Positions 28,790-38,612 of a stretch of 64,000 nucleotides of DNA are shown here, piece after piece. A program made the position numbers and the translations under genes. Under the pieces are notes generated by a model. That model saw nothing but the letters and a program-made list of their open reading frames with translations. It was not told where the DNA came from and searched no databases. Every line of letters starts with the position of its first letter. The first letter of the stretch is position 1. This DNA is from a virus. Where the stretch lies: positions 6,047-70,046 of IMG/VR virus record IMGVR_UViG_3300022752_003244, one strand, 5' to 3'.

Positions 28790-30543
28790 CTTTTATTTCT
28801 CAAATCGTTAATTCTTTGTAATATTTCTTCTGCGGAATCGGCCGAGTTTTGATTATCACCCATTACGGTTGCAATAACTTGTTTCTTTGCATTTATTATG
28901 TCGTATATAACACCTTCAACAGTATTCTCAAAAATGGGGTAATAAACTAATACATTATTTTTTTGTCCGTATCTATAACATCTATCTTCTGCCTGTGCAT
29001 GGTCGGAGGGTAAAAAAGACAAATCATTCATAATAACCGCTTCACCCGATGTTAGGGTAATCCCAACACCGGCAGCTTTAATATTACCAACTAAAACTTT
29101 AACTTTTGGATTATTTTGAAATTCATCTACTGAGTGTTGTCTATTATCTTTTGACATTGAGCCATCAATCTTAACTGAGGATTTACCAAAATGTTCCACG
29201 ATTCTATTTAATGAATCAGTAAAATTACAGAATATAACAACTTTCTTATCTTGTTCTAATATATTTTCTGCAAGTTCAATTGTCTGTCCTATTTTTTCAT
29301 TTGCAATAACTTGTCTAACTTTTGTTAGTTTTGAAAATTGAACCGTAAGTGATTTTGATTCTTCGGGATTTTTATCGTACCAATCATAATACTCACCCAT
29401 TATCTCCTCATATTCTCTTGATTTTAACCTTAAATACACTGGTGTGATAATCTTATCAGGCAAATCTAAAACGTCCTCCTTGAGTCTCCTAAGTATCGTA
29501 CCTGACGTTCTATCTCTTAGTTCCTCAAGGTTTGTTGCACCCATAACATTCCAAACTTTTCTTGGTCCGGCTTTAAATTGAAATCCATTACAATATCTTA
29601 TAACATAAGCCATCCAATTTTTGGCAACGGGAGAATCAACTAAACTTAATAAATTGTAATAATCAATTGGACGAGATGTCATTGGAGTACCGGTTAATAA
29701 CCACAACCTATCAATATCTTTCACAATATCATTTATAAGTTTTGTTCTTTTGGCCTGAGCGTTCTTTATATAATGTGCCTCATCAACAATTACCAAATCA
29801 AAATTCGCTTTCATCATATCCGAGTTCTTCTTTTCTTTGGTACTATGAAAGTTTTTAATAATATCATAATTGATGATAACAAAATCATGTTCGGTTGAAA
29901 AACTTTTACTTTCGGCAATAAAGATACTTCTGTCAGTATAGTTCTCAATTTCTCTCTTCCAATTTATTTTAAGAGTTGCAGGGCAAACAATTAAAATCTT
30001 TTTCGCCCCCGATTCAAGTGCGGCAATAATTGTTGATGTTGTCTTACCTAAACCCATATCATCGGCGAGGATAAACTTTTTATTTTCAACTAATTTTTGG
30101 ATTGATTCTTTTTGATGTGTAAGTGGTGGACGATGAGAATATTTTTCATAATCAATGACAACATCTTTAACGGTATTGTCTTTTATGATTGACGCCTTTG
30201 GTAACCAAAATTCGTGTAGTTCTTCTCTTTCAAACATCTTACCCCAAATGTGATATGCCTTTTCTTTTTCCGCCAATATCTTTTCAACATAAACTTTTTC
30301 GGGGGTTACGGGATATAATTTATCATCTGCAAATTTTTGTGCGAAATAATCATCAAGAACCGCCCACTTTCTTGCAACCTTTGGTTGTTTATTGTGATTA
30401 TTAATTATGTACTCTGCTTGACTTCTTGTGGGGTAAAACTTTTTATTTATCTGTGATTTTCTTTTTAATTCTAAAATATAGTTATTACCACCTTCATAAG
30501 TTTCAAGAATAGTTATTGCTCTTGACTCTAAACTTGTTTCCAT
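28786..30543 (-). CDS. SNF2-family helicase/ATPase
   Basis: LADDMGLGKT, DEAH, LTGTP, QAEDRCYRYGQ. Confidence 0.92.
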   Translation of the reverse strand: METSLESRAITILETYEGGNNYILELKRKSQINKKFYPTRSQAEYIINNHNKQPKVARKWAVLDDYFAQKFADDKLYPVTPEKVYVEKILAEKEKAYHIWGKMFEREELHEFWLPKASIIKDNTVKDVVIDYEKYSHRPPLTHQKESIQKLVENKKFILADDMGLGKTTSTIIAALESGAKKILIVCPATLKINWKREIENYTDRSIFIAESKSFSTEHDFVIINYDIIKNFHSTKEKKNSDMMKANFDLVIVDEAHYIKNAQAKRTKLINDIVKDIDRLWLLTGTPMTSRPIDYYNLLSLVDSPVAKNWMAYVIRYCNGFQFKAGPRKVWNVMGATNLEELRDRTSGTILRRLKEDVLDLPDKIITPVYLRLKSREYEEIMGEYYDWYDKNPEESKSLTVQFSKLTKVRQVIANEKIGQTIELAENILEQDKKVVIFCNFTDSLNRIVEHFGKSSVKIDGSMSKDNRQHSVDEFQNNPKVKVLVGNIKAAGVGITLTSGEAVIMNDLSFLPSDHAQAEDRCYRYGQKNNVLVYYPIFENTVEGVIYDIINAKKQVIATVMGDNQNSADSAEEILQRINDLRNKS

Positions 30544-30594
30544 TTTTATGTAAAAATTATTTTAAATATAGTTATTGTTTATATATTTATCAAT

Positions 30595-31107
30595 ATGGAA
30601 AAATTAGTACCAATAACAAGATTAGGTAAATTTTTTGGTGGTGACGATTTCAATCTTGAGATTGATATGGGTCAAGAATGGCTTCATGGGGATATGAACT
30701 TCACGGTTATTTTATATAGGGTTGATAGAAATAAAACAAAAACCGATGATGTTTATGGTGAAACCGTTAAGGATGGGGTTAAATTTTTACCTCCTGTCGA
30801 ACTAAATGGTTTAGTAAAAATAGTCGCTCCGGTTAACCAAAAATTAGGTACCTCAAAAATAAGACAAGAAGAACCGGGTAATATAACATTTTCAATTTAT
30901 CAAAAAACTTTGGATGATTTGGGTGTCGATATTTTATTTGGTGATTATTTGGGGTATTATGAAACTGAAAATAAAGTTAGGTACTATAGCGTTTCCGATG
31001 ATGGTAGGGTAGTTTCTGACCTAAAACACACATACGGTGGATATAAAAATTTTTATAGGACTGTAGTTGCAACTTTTGTAAATCAAAACGATTTTAACGG
31101 ATTATGA
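30595..31107 (+). CDS. head completion / neck protein (T4 gp14-like)
   Basis: VILYRVD...DDVYGE, GDY pattern; sits just before the tail genes. Confidence 0.5.
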   Translation: MEKLVPITRLGKFFGGDDFNLEIDMGQEWLHGDMNFTVILYRVDRNKTKTDDVYGETVKDGVKFLPPVELNGLVKIVAPVNQKLGTSKIRQEEPGNITFSIYQKTLDDLGVDILFGDYLGYYETENKVRYYSVSDDGRVVSDLKHTYGGYKNFYRTVVATFVNQNDFNGL

Positions 31108-31535
31108 TAATTTTAATAAATGAAAACCAAAAAAAAATTTTGGAGGATTCTTTAATAGGACAAAGAGTAAAGGTATATTATAACCTACATAAACACACTT
31201 TTTCAGTACAAAAAAATAATATTGTTATATTACATGCCGATTATGTAAAGTTGAATAATGTTGAATTCAAGGTTAGACAACGTGGTATGGAGAAAGTTAG
31301 ACAAGAAAAATCAAAAAACGTTCATGCGTTTGTTATTGGTAATTTAGTGGACTATTGTAAATACCCTTGTGATGAAATACCTGAGGAGCCGACCGGAAAT
31401 ATTGTGACTTATAATCCTTACAAGTTTGATAGTTTTGTTTATAGAGATACTGAACTACCTGTATATAATGCAACTGAGGTTGATTTGATTAATTCAAGAA
31501 ATAAATTATTTGTTATTACCGAAATAAAAAAATAA
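31104..31535 (+). CDS. hypothetical phage protein
   Basis: KVYYNLHKHTFSV, KNVHAFVIG and YNPYK motifs. Confidence 0.65.
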   Translation: MIILINENQKKILEDSLIGQRVKVYYNLHKHTFSVQKNNIVILHADYVKLNNVEFKVRQRGMEKVRQEKSKNVHAFVIGNLVDYCKYPCDEIPEEPTGNIVTYNPYKFDSFVYRDTELPVYNATEVDLINSRNKLFVITEIKK

Positions 31536-32575
31536 TGGCATATCCAAAACAAATAAAAAAAACATTACCATTGGTACCTGATAAAGAATTGTCGGAAAGA
31601 AGACAAGAACTTTCTCAATTCATAACAAGAAATGGTACATATCTACCTAAGTCCGTATTACACGCAGATTTAGATAGGGGAATGTTAGATTTTGTTAAAA
31701 ATGATTTAAAAATAACATCAGAAGGTGAAATAATTCCAATGATTGATATAATCATTACAACTCAAAATTGGTCTCAGTTTACAGAAACTTGGAATTTTGT
31801 GGATAGTGATTTTAACGTTGAGCCACCATTCATAACTGTAGTTAGAAGTCCGGAAGTTAAATATGGGACAAACCCATCGTTACAATATACTATACCAAAT
31901 AGAAAACAATTTTATTTTGCGGTTGTTCCAACTTGGAATGGAAACCAAAATGGTGCTGATGTATATACAATACCACAACCAGTTCCTGTGGATGTTAATT
32001 ATAGCGTTAAAATTGTTTGTAATAGAATGAGAGAATTAAACCAATTTAACAAAATTATTTTACAAAAATTCTCTTCGAGACAGGCATATACATTTATTAA
32101 GGGTCAATATGTTCCAATCGTAATGACAAACGTGTCAGATGAGTCGGTTATAGAATTGGATAAAAGAAAATTTTATATTCAAAATTACGACTTTACAATG
32201 CTTGGATATTTGATTGATGAAGAAGAGTTTGAAGTTAAACCGGCAATATCTAGGGTATTACAAGTTATCGAAATAGATGAATCAAAACCAAAAAGAAAAC
32301 CAAATAAAGTTGTTAAAGATGATGGTGTCTTTGAATTGTTTTTTGAAATCCCTATTTCGGACACATCGTATTCAAAAACCATGGAGTATACCGTAAATAT
32401 GACGGTAGTTAAAACAAATAATGTTAGTACTTATGATGTTTATATAAACGGCGATTTTTACGGAACCGACATAACACAAATACCCTTAAACACAAATGAT
32501 TACTTAGAATTTATTATAGTTAAAACTAATAATACAATTTCTTCATCTATAATGACAAATTGTAAGTTAGTTTAA
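31535..32575 (+). CDS. tail terminator / sheath stabiliser (T4 gp15-like)
   Basis: IPQPVPVDVNYSVKI..NRMRELNQ; immediately upstream of the sheath gene. Confidence 0.55.
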   Translation: MAYPKQIKKTLPLVPDKELSERRQELSQFITRNGTYLPKSVLHADLDRGMLDFVKNDLKITSEGEIIPMIDIIITTQNWSQFTETWNFVDSDFNVEPPFITVVRSPEVKYGTNPSLQYTIPNRKQFYFAVVPTWNGNQNGADVYTIPQPVPVDVNYSVKIVCNRMRELNQFNKIILQKFSSRQAYTFIKGQYVPIVMTNVSDESVIELDKRKFYIQNYDFTMLGYLIDEEEFEVKPAISRVLQVIEIDESKPKRKPNKVVKDDGVFELFFEIPISDTSYSKTMEYTVNMTVVKTNNVSTYDVYINGDFYGTDITQIPLNTNDYLEFIIVKTNNTISSSIMTNCKLV

Positions 32576-32736
32576 TTTTCACCATATATATCTTTCTTTA
32601 CTACACATTTTTCTTTAATAAGTAATTCTAAAAATTTATAAATTTTAATTCCTGTAGAATCGCAATGTTTTTTTAACAATTCGTGAGATTCTTTAGAAAT
32701 CTTAATATTTTTTATTTCTTTTTTATTTTTTTCCAT
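32572..32736 (-). CDS. small ribbon-helix-helix-like DNA-binding protein (54 aa)
   Basis: Hand-translated MEKNKKEIKNIKISKESHELLKKHCDSTGIKIYKFLELLIKEKC...; below the ORF-track cutoff; TATTTAT upstream on the minus strand. Confidence 0.65.
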   Translation of the reverse strand: MEKNKKEIKNIKISKESHELLKKHCDSTGIKIYKFLELLIKEKCVVKKDIYGEN

Positions 32737-32855
32737 AAAGATAAAAAAAGCAGAAAATTAGGCGCTCATTTATAAATACTTTTTAAAAAGTAAAGATTTT
32801 TCATTTTTAATGTAATATTTATCTATAAAATAAATCTCTTAGATAAAAATTAATT

Positions 32856-35800
32856 ATGGCAACTACAACTACTACTCAAAAAGTTTTCGTGTCTCCGGGT
32901 GTATATACATCTGAAACGGATTTAACTTTTGTGGCTCAAAGTGTTGGTGTTACAACACTAGGACTTGTTGGTGAAACACTACGAGGTCCGGCATTTGAAC
33001 CTATCTTCATAACTAACTATGATGAATTTACTGCAATGTTTGGCGGTACTGAACCAACAAAATTTGTTAACACACAAATACCTAAATATGAAGCAGCTTA
33101 TATTGCTAAGGCATATTTACAACAATCAAACCAACTTTTCGTAACAAGAATTCTTGGTTTATCAGGATATGATGCGGGTCCTTCATGGAGTATCACCGTT
33201 GATGCAAACGTTGATGGAACAACAATTGGGTACGATAATCTTCCTGGCACATCGTTTAATGTTGGTTTTACAGGAACAACTGGAGGTACTTTTGGTTTTA
33301 CTACAGGTAATTTACCTACTCAGGTTACATCAAATTATACCGCACAATATAGAACTACCAATGGTAGTGTGTCAACATACGAACAAGATTTTGCTTCGTA
33401 TATTGGAGGTATTATTATAAATAATTCCCTTTCATCAACAACATCAGTTGTTTATGGGTCAGTTCCATCTCCGGACTACAAAACATATATTTCAGGTTTA
33501 ACAAATATTCAAAATGCGTTTTCATCGTATAATGTTTATTTACCGAGTAATGATTTAACAGCCGCGGCAAATGACACATGGTATTATGCAACTTTTGACA
33601 ATACAACCGGAAATGTGTATACAGGATATTCATATTTTTATGGTATCGATACTTTAACTGATAACGGAGGTGGTAATTACCAAGGTAACATAACTGGTTA
33701 TAGTTACAATTTTACGGGTACATCTTTTGCAGACTATAACAATCTTGTTGTTGCAACATTACGTTCAAGAGGTATATCGGAATATAATAGCACACAACAT
33801 GGCCCACAATATCAAGTTACAGGTACAAGTGATGTGAGTTTGGTTACAACGGGTTCATATTCTTCAACGCAATCAAATCCATTTTCAACATTCTTAATAT
33901 CAGGTAAAACTTATGATAGTAATATATTTTCATTTGAAGTAAGTCTACAAGAGTCTGACAGTAAATACATTAGTAAAGTTTTAGGTGCGGATAACTTCGG
34001 TAAAAATAGAACTCAGGTTCCGTTGTTTGTTGAAGAAAATTATCCGGGTTTATTAAACTATCTTTATAATAAAGGTTATATAAAAGGTCTTAATTCTACA
34101 TTAATTTCATTAGACAGTGCAAAAAGTTTATCAAACACATCTATCGCATGGAATTTAGAAAAATACACTAGTCCGTCAACACCATTTTTTGTTTCCGAAT
34201 TAAGAGGTAGTGAAGTTTTTAATTTGTTTAGATTTATATCAATTTCAGATGGTACCGCGGCAAATACACAAATTAAAGTTTCAATTGCGGGAATATCATT
34301 TAATAACCAAAATTTTGACGTTTTAGTTAGAGATTTTTATGATACTGATACAAGTCCAGTTGTTATTGAAAAATTCACAAATTGTAATTTGGATATTAAT
34401 TCAAATAATTTTATCGCCAAAAAAATTGGTTCTTCTGATGGAGAATTCCAATTAATATCAAAATATATTATGGTTGAAATGGCAGATGAATACCCAATTG
34501 ATGCATTACCTTGTGGTTTCCGTGGATACAATCAAAGAGTTTACGCAACAACAAATAATATATCACCATTACCTTATTATAAAATAAAATATAATACTCC
34601 GGGTGAAACAGTTTATAACCCTCCTTTTGGTAATACATCGGGTGGAGATAACATTTCAACTTCAAATGGAGATAATATTAGAAGAACATATTTAGGTTTT
34701 TCAAGTAGATTAGGTAGTGACGATTCATTAGTTCAATATAAGGGTAAACAAAATCCAGTATCTAATTTTGATACTGCGGTTGAAGGTGATGAGTGGAGCT
34801 ATAGAACTAGAGGATTCCATATGGATTCAGGTGCAACCGTTATTACAATTGCAAATTCATTCAACACAAGTGGTGAGACGGCTTTTGATTGTGGGATTGG
34901 GTCTTTTAGGTCTGAACCAACAACACAACAAAATCCATATTATTATATCTACGCTAGAAAATACACAGCATTTTTTGCTGGTGGTTTTGACGGATGGGAC
35001 ATCTATAGAGAATATAGAACAAATGAAGATAGATTTAAATTAGGAGGTACAGGTTATTTGGCAGGTGCTTCGGTTAGTACAAGATACCCAACCGCAACAG
35101 GTTATGGTATGTTTAAACAAATAACCGTTAATCAAAACACGGTTGATTGGGCTAACACAGATTATTATGCATATCTTTTAGGTATAGAAACATTCTCAAA
35201 CCCTGAAGCAACAAATATTAATATTTTTGCTACGGGTGGAATTAATTTAATAGATTTTAACGGTCTTTCTGAAGATGCGATTAGTATGATTCAATACAGT
35301 AGAGCGGATTCAATTTATATCGCAACAATGCCGGATTTTGATATGTTTACACCGGATAGTACAAATACAGATAATAAAATATTACCACAAGAAGCGGTTG
35401 ATATTTTAGAAGAAACTGGTATAGATTCAAACTACACTGCAACGTATTATCCATGGGTATTAACAAGAGATACTGTTAATAACACACAAATTTACTTACC
35501 GGCAACCGCTGAAGTGGTAAGAAACTTAGCATTAACCGATAACGTTTCATTCCCTTGGTTCGCATCTGCGGGTTATACAAGAGGTATTGTTAACTCTGTT
35601 AAGGCGAGAATTAAACTAACACAAGAAGATAGAGATACGTTATACATTGGTAGAATTAACCCAATCGCAACTTTCTCTGATGTGGGAACTGTTATTTGGG
35701 GTAATAAAACACTTCAAATTGCAGATTCAGCTCTTAATAGATTAAACGTTAGAAGATTGTTATTACAAGCACGTAAATTAATTTCTGCGGTTGCGGTTAG

Positions 35801-36047
35801 ATTATTGTTCGAACAAAACGACCAAATAGTTAGACAACAATTCTTAGATAGTGTTAACCCAATACTTGACGGTATTAGAAGAGATAGAGGTCTTTATGAT
35901 TTCCGTGTAACAGTTTCTTCTTCTCCTGAAGATTTGGATAGAAATACTTTAACCGGTAAAATTTATCTTAAACCAACAAGAGCATTAGAATTTATAAACA
36001 TCGAATTCTTAATAACTCCAACGGGAGCGTCTTTTGAAAATATATAA
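32856..36047 (+). CDS. contractile tail sheath protein
   Basis: VSPGVYTSETD, GETLRGP, PWFASAGYTRG, RINPI, VIWGNKTLQ, LNVRRLL, LFEQND, KPTRALEFI. Confidence 0.95.
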   Translation: MATTTTTQKVFVSPGVYTSETDLTFVAQSVGVTTLGLVGETLRGPAFEPIFITNYDEFTAMFGGTEPTKFVNTQIPKYEAAYIAKAYLQQSNQLFVTRILGLSGYDAGPSWSITVDANVDGTTIGYDNLPGTSFNVGFTGTTGGTFGFTTGNLPTQVTSNYTAQYRTTNGSVSTYEQDFASYIGGIIINNSLSSTTSVVYGSVPSPDYKTYISGLTNIQNAFSSYNVYLPSNDLTAAANDTWYYATFDNTTGNVYTGYSYFYGIDTLTDNGGGNYQGNITGYSYNFTGTSFADYNNLVVATLRSRGISEYNSTQHGPQYQVTGTSDVSLVTTGSYSSTQSNPFSTFLISGKTYDSNIFSFEVSLQESDSKYISKVLGADNFGKNRTQVPLFVEENYPGLLNYLYNKGYIKGLNSTLISLDSAKSLSNTSIAWNLEKYTSPSTPFFVSELRGSEVFNLFRFISISDGTAANTQIKVSIAGISFNNQNFDVLVRDFYDTDTSPVVIEKFTNCNLDINSNNFIAKKIGSSDGEFQLISKYIMVEMADEYPIDALPCGFRGYNQRVYATTNNISPLPYYKIKYNTPGETVYNPPFGNTSGGDNISTSNGDNIRRTYLGFSSRLGSDDSLVQYKGKQNPVSNFDTAVEGDEWSYRTRGFHMDSGATVITIANSFNTSGETAFDCGIGSFRSEPTTQQNPYYYIYARKYTAFFAGGFDGWDIYREYRTNEDRFKLGGTGYLAGASVSTRYPTATGYGMFKQITVNQNTVDWANTDYYAYLLGIETFSNPEATNINIFATGGINLIDFNGLSEDAISMIQYSRADSIYIATMPDFDMFTPDSTNTDNKILPQEAVDILEETGIDSNYTATYYPWVLTRDTVNNTQIYLPATAEVVRNLALTDNVSFPWFASAGYTRGIVNSVKARIKLTQEDRDTLYIGRINPIATFSDVGTVIWGNKTLQIADSALNRLNVRRLLLQARKLISAVAVRLLFEQNDQIVRQQFLDSVNPILDGIRRDRGLYDFRVTVSSSPEDLDRNTLTGKIYLKPTRALEFINIEFLITPTGASFENI

Positions 36048-36062
36048 TTTATACTTACCTTT

Positions 36063-36094
36063 AACCCCCGGTTTTAAAAAACTGGGGGTTTTTT
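36063..36094 (+). terminator. Rho-independent terminator
   Basis: AACCCCCGGTTTT / AAAACTGGGGGTT plus T-run. Confidence 0.8.
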
Positions 36095-36116
36095 ATTATC
36101 TAATATATTTATTGTT

Positions 36117-36944
36117 ATGAAAAGATTATTCGAAGGGTTTAAAGATATTGATACTCCTGATATGAAATATTATGCGTTCGATTGGGATGATAATATTGTG
36201 TCGATGCCAACCAAAATTATTTTAAAAAATGAAGATGGTGATGAAGTTGGTATGGGAACTGAGGATTTTGCGGAATATAGAACTAAGATTGGTAAAGACC
36301 CCTTTAAATATAAGGGGGATGTTATTGTGAACTTTGCTGAAGACCCATTTAGAAATTTCGGTACTAAGGGTGACAAACAATTTTTAATTGATGCTATGAA
36401 AGCCAAAGAGGCTCCGGCGTTTAGTGATTTTAAAGAGGCAATAAATAACGGGTCTATTTTTTCAATAATCACCGCAAGAGGTCATTCACCAAAAACTTTA
36501 AGAACAGGAGTTTATAACTATATTACAACAGGGTTTGGAGGAATTGATAAAAAACAATTATTAAAAAATTTAAAAAAATTTAGAGATTTTACAGACCAAG
36601 AAGATATGTCCGATAAAGATTTGATTGAAAATTATTTGGACTTATGTAAGTTTTATCCTGTGTCATATCAAAACGAACAAGGAGCAAAAAATCCCGAGGA
36701 AGCAAAGGTTATGGCGATGGATGAATTTGTGAGTTATATTAAAGAATTATCTTCAGAATTAAATAAAAAGGCGTTTTTAAAGAAAGATATTGGAAACAAA
36801 TTTTTACCTACGGAACCTTCAATTGGTTTTTCTGATGATGATATAAGAAATGTTGAAGTAATGAATAGGCATTTTAATAATAAAGCAGATAATATAGTTA
36901 AGACATATTCAACTTCAGGAGGAATTAAGAAACGAATGAATTAA
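36117..36944 (+). CDS. HAD-superfamily phosphatase-like protein
   Basis: FDWDDN (motif I), IITARG (motif II), K, FSDDD (motif IV). Confidence 0.7.
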   Translation: MKRLFEGFKDIDTPDMKYYAFDWDDNIVSMPTKIILKNEDGDEVGMGTEDFAEYRTKIGKDPFKYKGDVIVNFAEDPFRNFGTKGDKQFLIDAMKAKEAPAFSDFKEAINNGSIFSIITARGHSPKTLRTGVYNYITTGFGGIDKKQLLKNLKKFRDFTDQEDMSDKDLIENYLDLCKFYPVSYQNEQGAKNPEEAKVMAMDEFVSYIKELSSELNKKAFLKKDIGNKFLPTEPSIGFSDDDIRNVEVMNRHFNNKADNIVKTYSTSGGIKKRMN

Positions 36945-37078
36945 ATATTTATATTAATACTGGATACTGGAACTGGATAATATATAATAAATAAAAAAGA
37001 AAAAATAAAAGTAAATAGAAAAATTTTCATTTACCCACTATTTATAAAAATAAATAACAAAATTAAAAAAATACAACT

Positions 37079-37567
37079 ATGGCTGATTTACTGATGAAAA
37101 TGCCGATACCTTACGAACCAAAAAGACAAAACCGGTTTATATTAAGGTTTCCTTCAACTTTGGGAATTAATGAGTGGTTTGTGGAATCAACAGCACGTCC
37201 GCATATTACTATTAATGCAACTGAAATTCAGTTTTTAAATACTTCAACATATGTAGCCGGTAGATTTACTTGGCAGACAGTTCCTGTGACGTTTAGAGAC
37301 CCAATTGGACCTTCTGCGGCACAAGCTCTTATGGAGTGGGTTCGTTTAACTGCTGAGTCTGTAACAGGTCGTATGGGTTACGCTGCGGGGTATAAGAAAG
37401 ATATTGATTTGGAGATGCTTGACCCAACCGGAGTTGTGGTTGAAAAATGGATAATGTATGGTACATTCTTATCGGATGTTAACTTTAATACGTTATCATA
37501 TAGTCAAGACGGATTGGCAACAATTGGTGCGACTTTGAGAATGGATAGATGTGTATTGGTTTACTAA
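37079..37567 (+). CDS. tail tube protein (T4 gp19-like)
   Basis: YEPKRQNRF, GRFTWQ.V.VTFRDPI, YKKDI.L.MLDPTG.VVEKW; follows the sheath gene. Confidence 0.88.
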   Translation: MADLLMKMPIPYEPKRQNRFILRFPSTLGINEWFVESTARPHITINATEIQFLNTSTYVAGRFTWQTVPVTFRDPIGPSAAQALMEWVRLTAESVTGRMGYAAGYKKDIDLEMLDPTGVVVEKWIMYGTFLSDVNFNTLSYSQDGLATIGATLRMDRCVLVY

Positions 37568-37587
37568 TATTTTAATGACTTAATAAT

Positions 37588-37631
37588 AATCCATATTTTT
37601 ATATTAAACATATAGAAGTATGGATTTTTTT
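37588..37631 (+). terminator. probable terminator
   Basis: AATCCATATTTTTATAT / ATATAGAAGTATGGATT plus T-run. Confidence 0.55.
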
Positions 37632-37691
37632 ATTAAAAATACTTTATAAGTAAACATATTTTACTACATTATTAGTAATAAATTTAAAATT

Positions 37692-38435
37692 ATGGATACA
37701 CAATCAAGAGATTACGGACAACAAAACTTAACACTTCCACATGATATAGTGCCATTACCATCTGGTGGGTTATTTTATAAAAATAAAAAACAATCGGTTA
37801 AGGTTGGTTATTTGACCGCCATGGATGAAAATATCATTATGGGTGGCGGAACGGACTTTGCAACAAATTTACTTAGGGCTAAACTTTATGAACCCGATTT
37901 TAAAGTTGACGATATGTTGGAGGGTGATGTTGAAGCGATTTTAATATTTTTAAGAAATACCGCCTTCGGTCACGATATAACAATATCTGCGGTTGACCCG
38001 TCAACAAAAAAAGAATTTTCTACGGAAGTTTCATTGGGTGAATTAAACATTAAGAAGGGACAGTCTCCGGATGAAGAAGGGATGTTTTTAATTACATTAC
38101 CCGTTTCAAAAACAAATGTTAAAATAAAACCATTAACTTGGGGTGAATCGGCAAACTTAAATAAGGTTTTAGAAACATATCCTGCGGGAAGGGTTCCTCC
38201 AAAAATAACTTTAAGATTACAAAAAGAGATTGTTGAAGTAAATGGTGATAGAAGTATTGCAACCATAAGTCAATTTGTCGAACAAATGCCTATTGCAGAT
38301 TCAAAATTTATTAGAAAATTTTTAAATGACAATGAACCAAGATTAGATTTAACCAGAATTATTATAGCCCCATCAGGAGAAAAACTAACTGTCAATGTTG
38401 GTTTTGGGGTTGACTTTTTTCGCCCTTTCTTCTAA
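37692..38435 (+). CDS. tail assembly chaperone / baseplate hub assembly protein (gp26-like)
   Basis: LPSGGLFY, LTAMDENI, GDVEAILIFLR..AFG, ends DFFRPFF; between tube and tape measure. Confidence 0.75.
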   Translation: MDTQSRDYGQQNLTLPHDIVPLPSGGLFYKNKKQSVKVGYLTAMDENIIMGGGTDFATNLLRAKLYEPDFKVDDMLEGDVEAILIFLRNTAFGHDITISAVDPSTKKEFSTEVSLGELNIKKGQSPDEEGMFLITLPVSKTNVKIKPLTWGESANLNKVLETYPAGRVPPKITLRLQKEIVEVNGDRSIATISQFVEQMPIADSKFIRKFLNDNEPRLDLTRIIIAPSGEKLTVNVGFGVDFFRPFF

Positions 38436-38574
38436 TTACAGAAAAATGCAACTTGACGAATTTTATTATTTAAGTTCGTTATTAAAAATAAGTTATAGTG
38501 ATTTCGAAAAAATGCCCGTTTTTATGAGAAAATATCTTTTAGAAAAATGGGTCGAAAATAACCAAGAGGACTGA
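38422..38574 (+). CDS. +1-frame tail chaperone extension (gpGT/gp51-like); alternatively a small gene from ATG 38395 or 38446
   Basis: Open +1 frame 38389-38574: ...FFALSSNYRKMQLDEFYYLSSLLKISYSDFEKMPVFMRKYLLEKWVENNQED. Confidence 0.65.
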   Translation, partial: ALSSNYRKMQLDEFYYLSSLLKISYSDFEKMPVFMRKYLLEKWVENNQED

Positions 38575-38590
38575 AAATTCAGTCCTTTTT
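38567..38590 (+). terminator. Rho-independent terminator overlapping the +1-frame stop
   Basis: AGGACTGAA-AA-TTCAGTCCT plus T-run. Confidence 0.7.
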
Positions 38591-38612
38591 ATATTTATAA
38601 ATAAAATTAATT

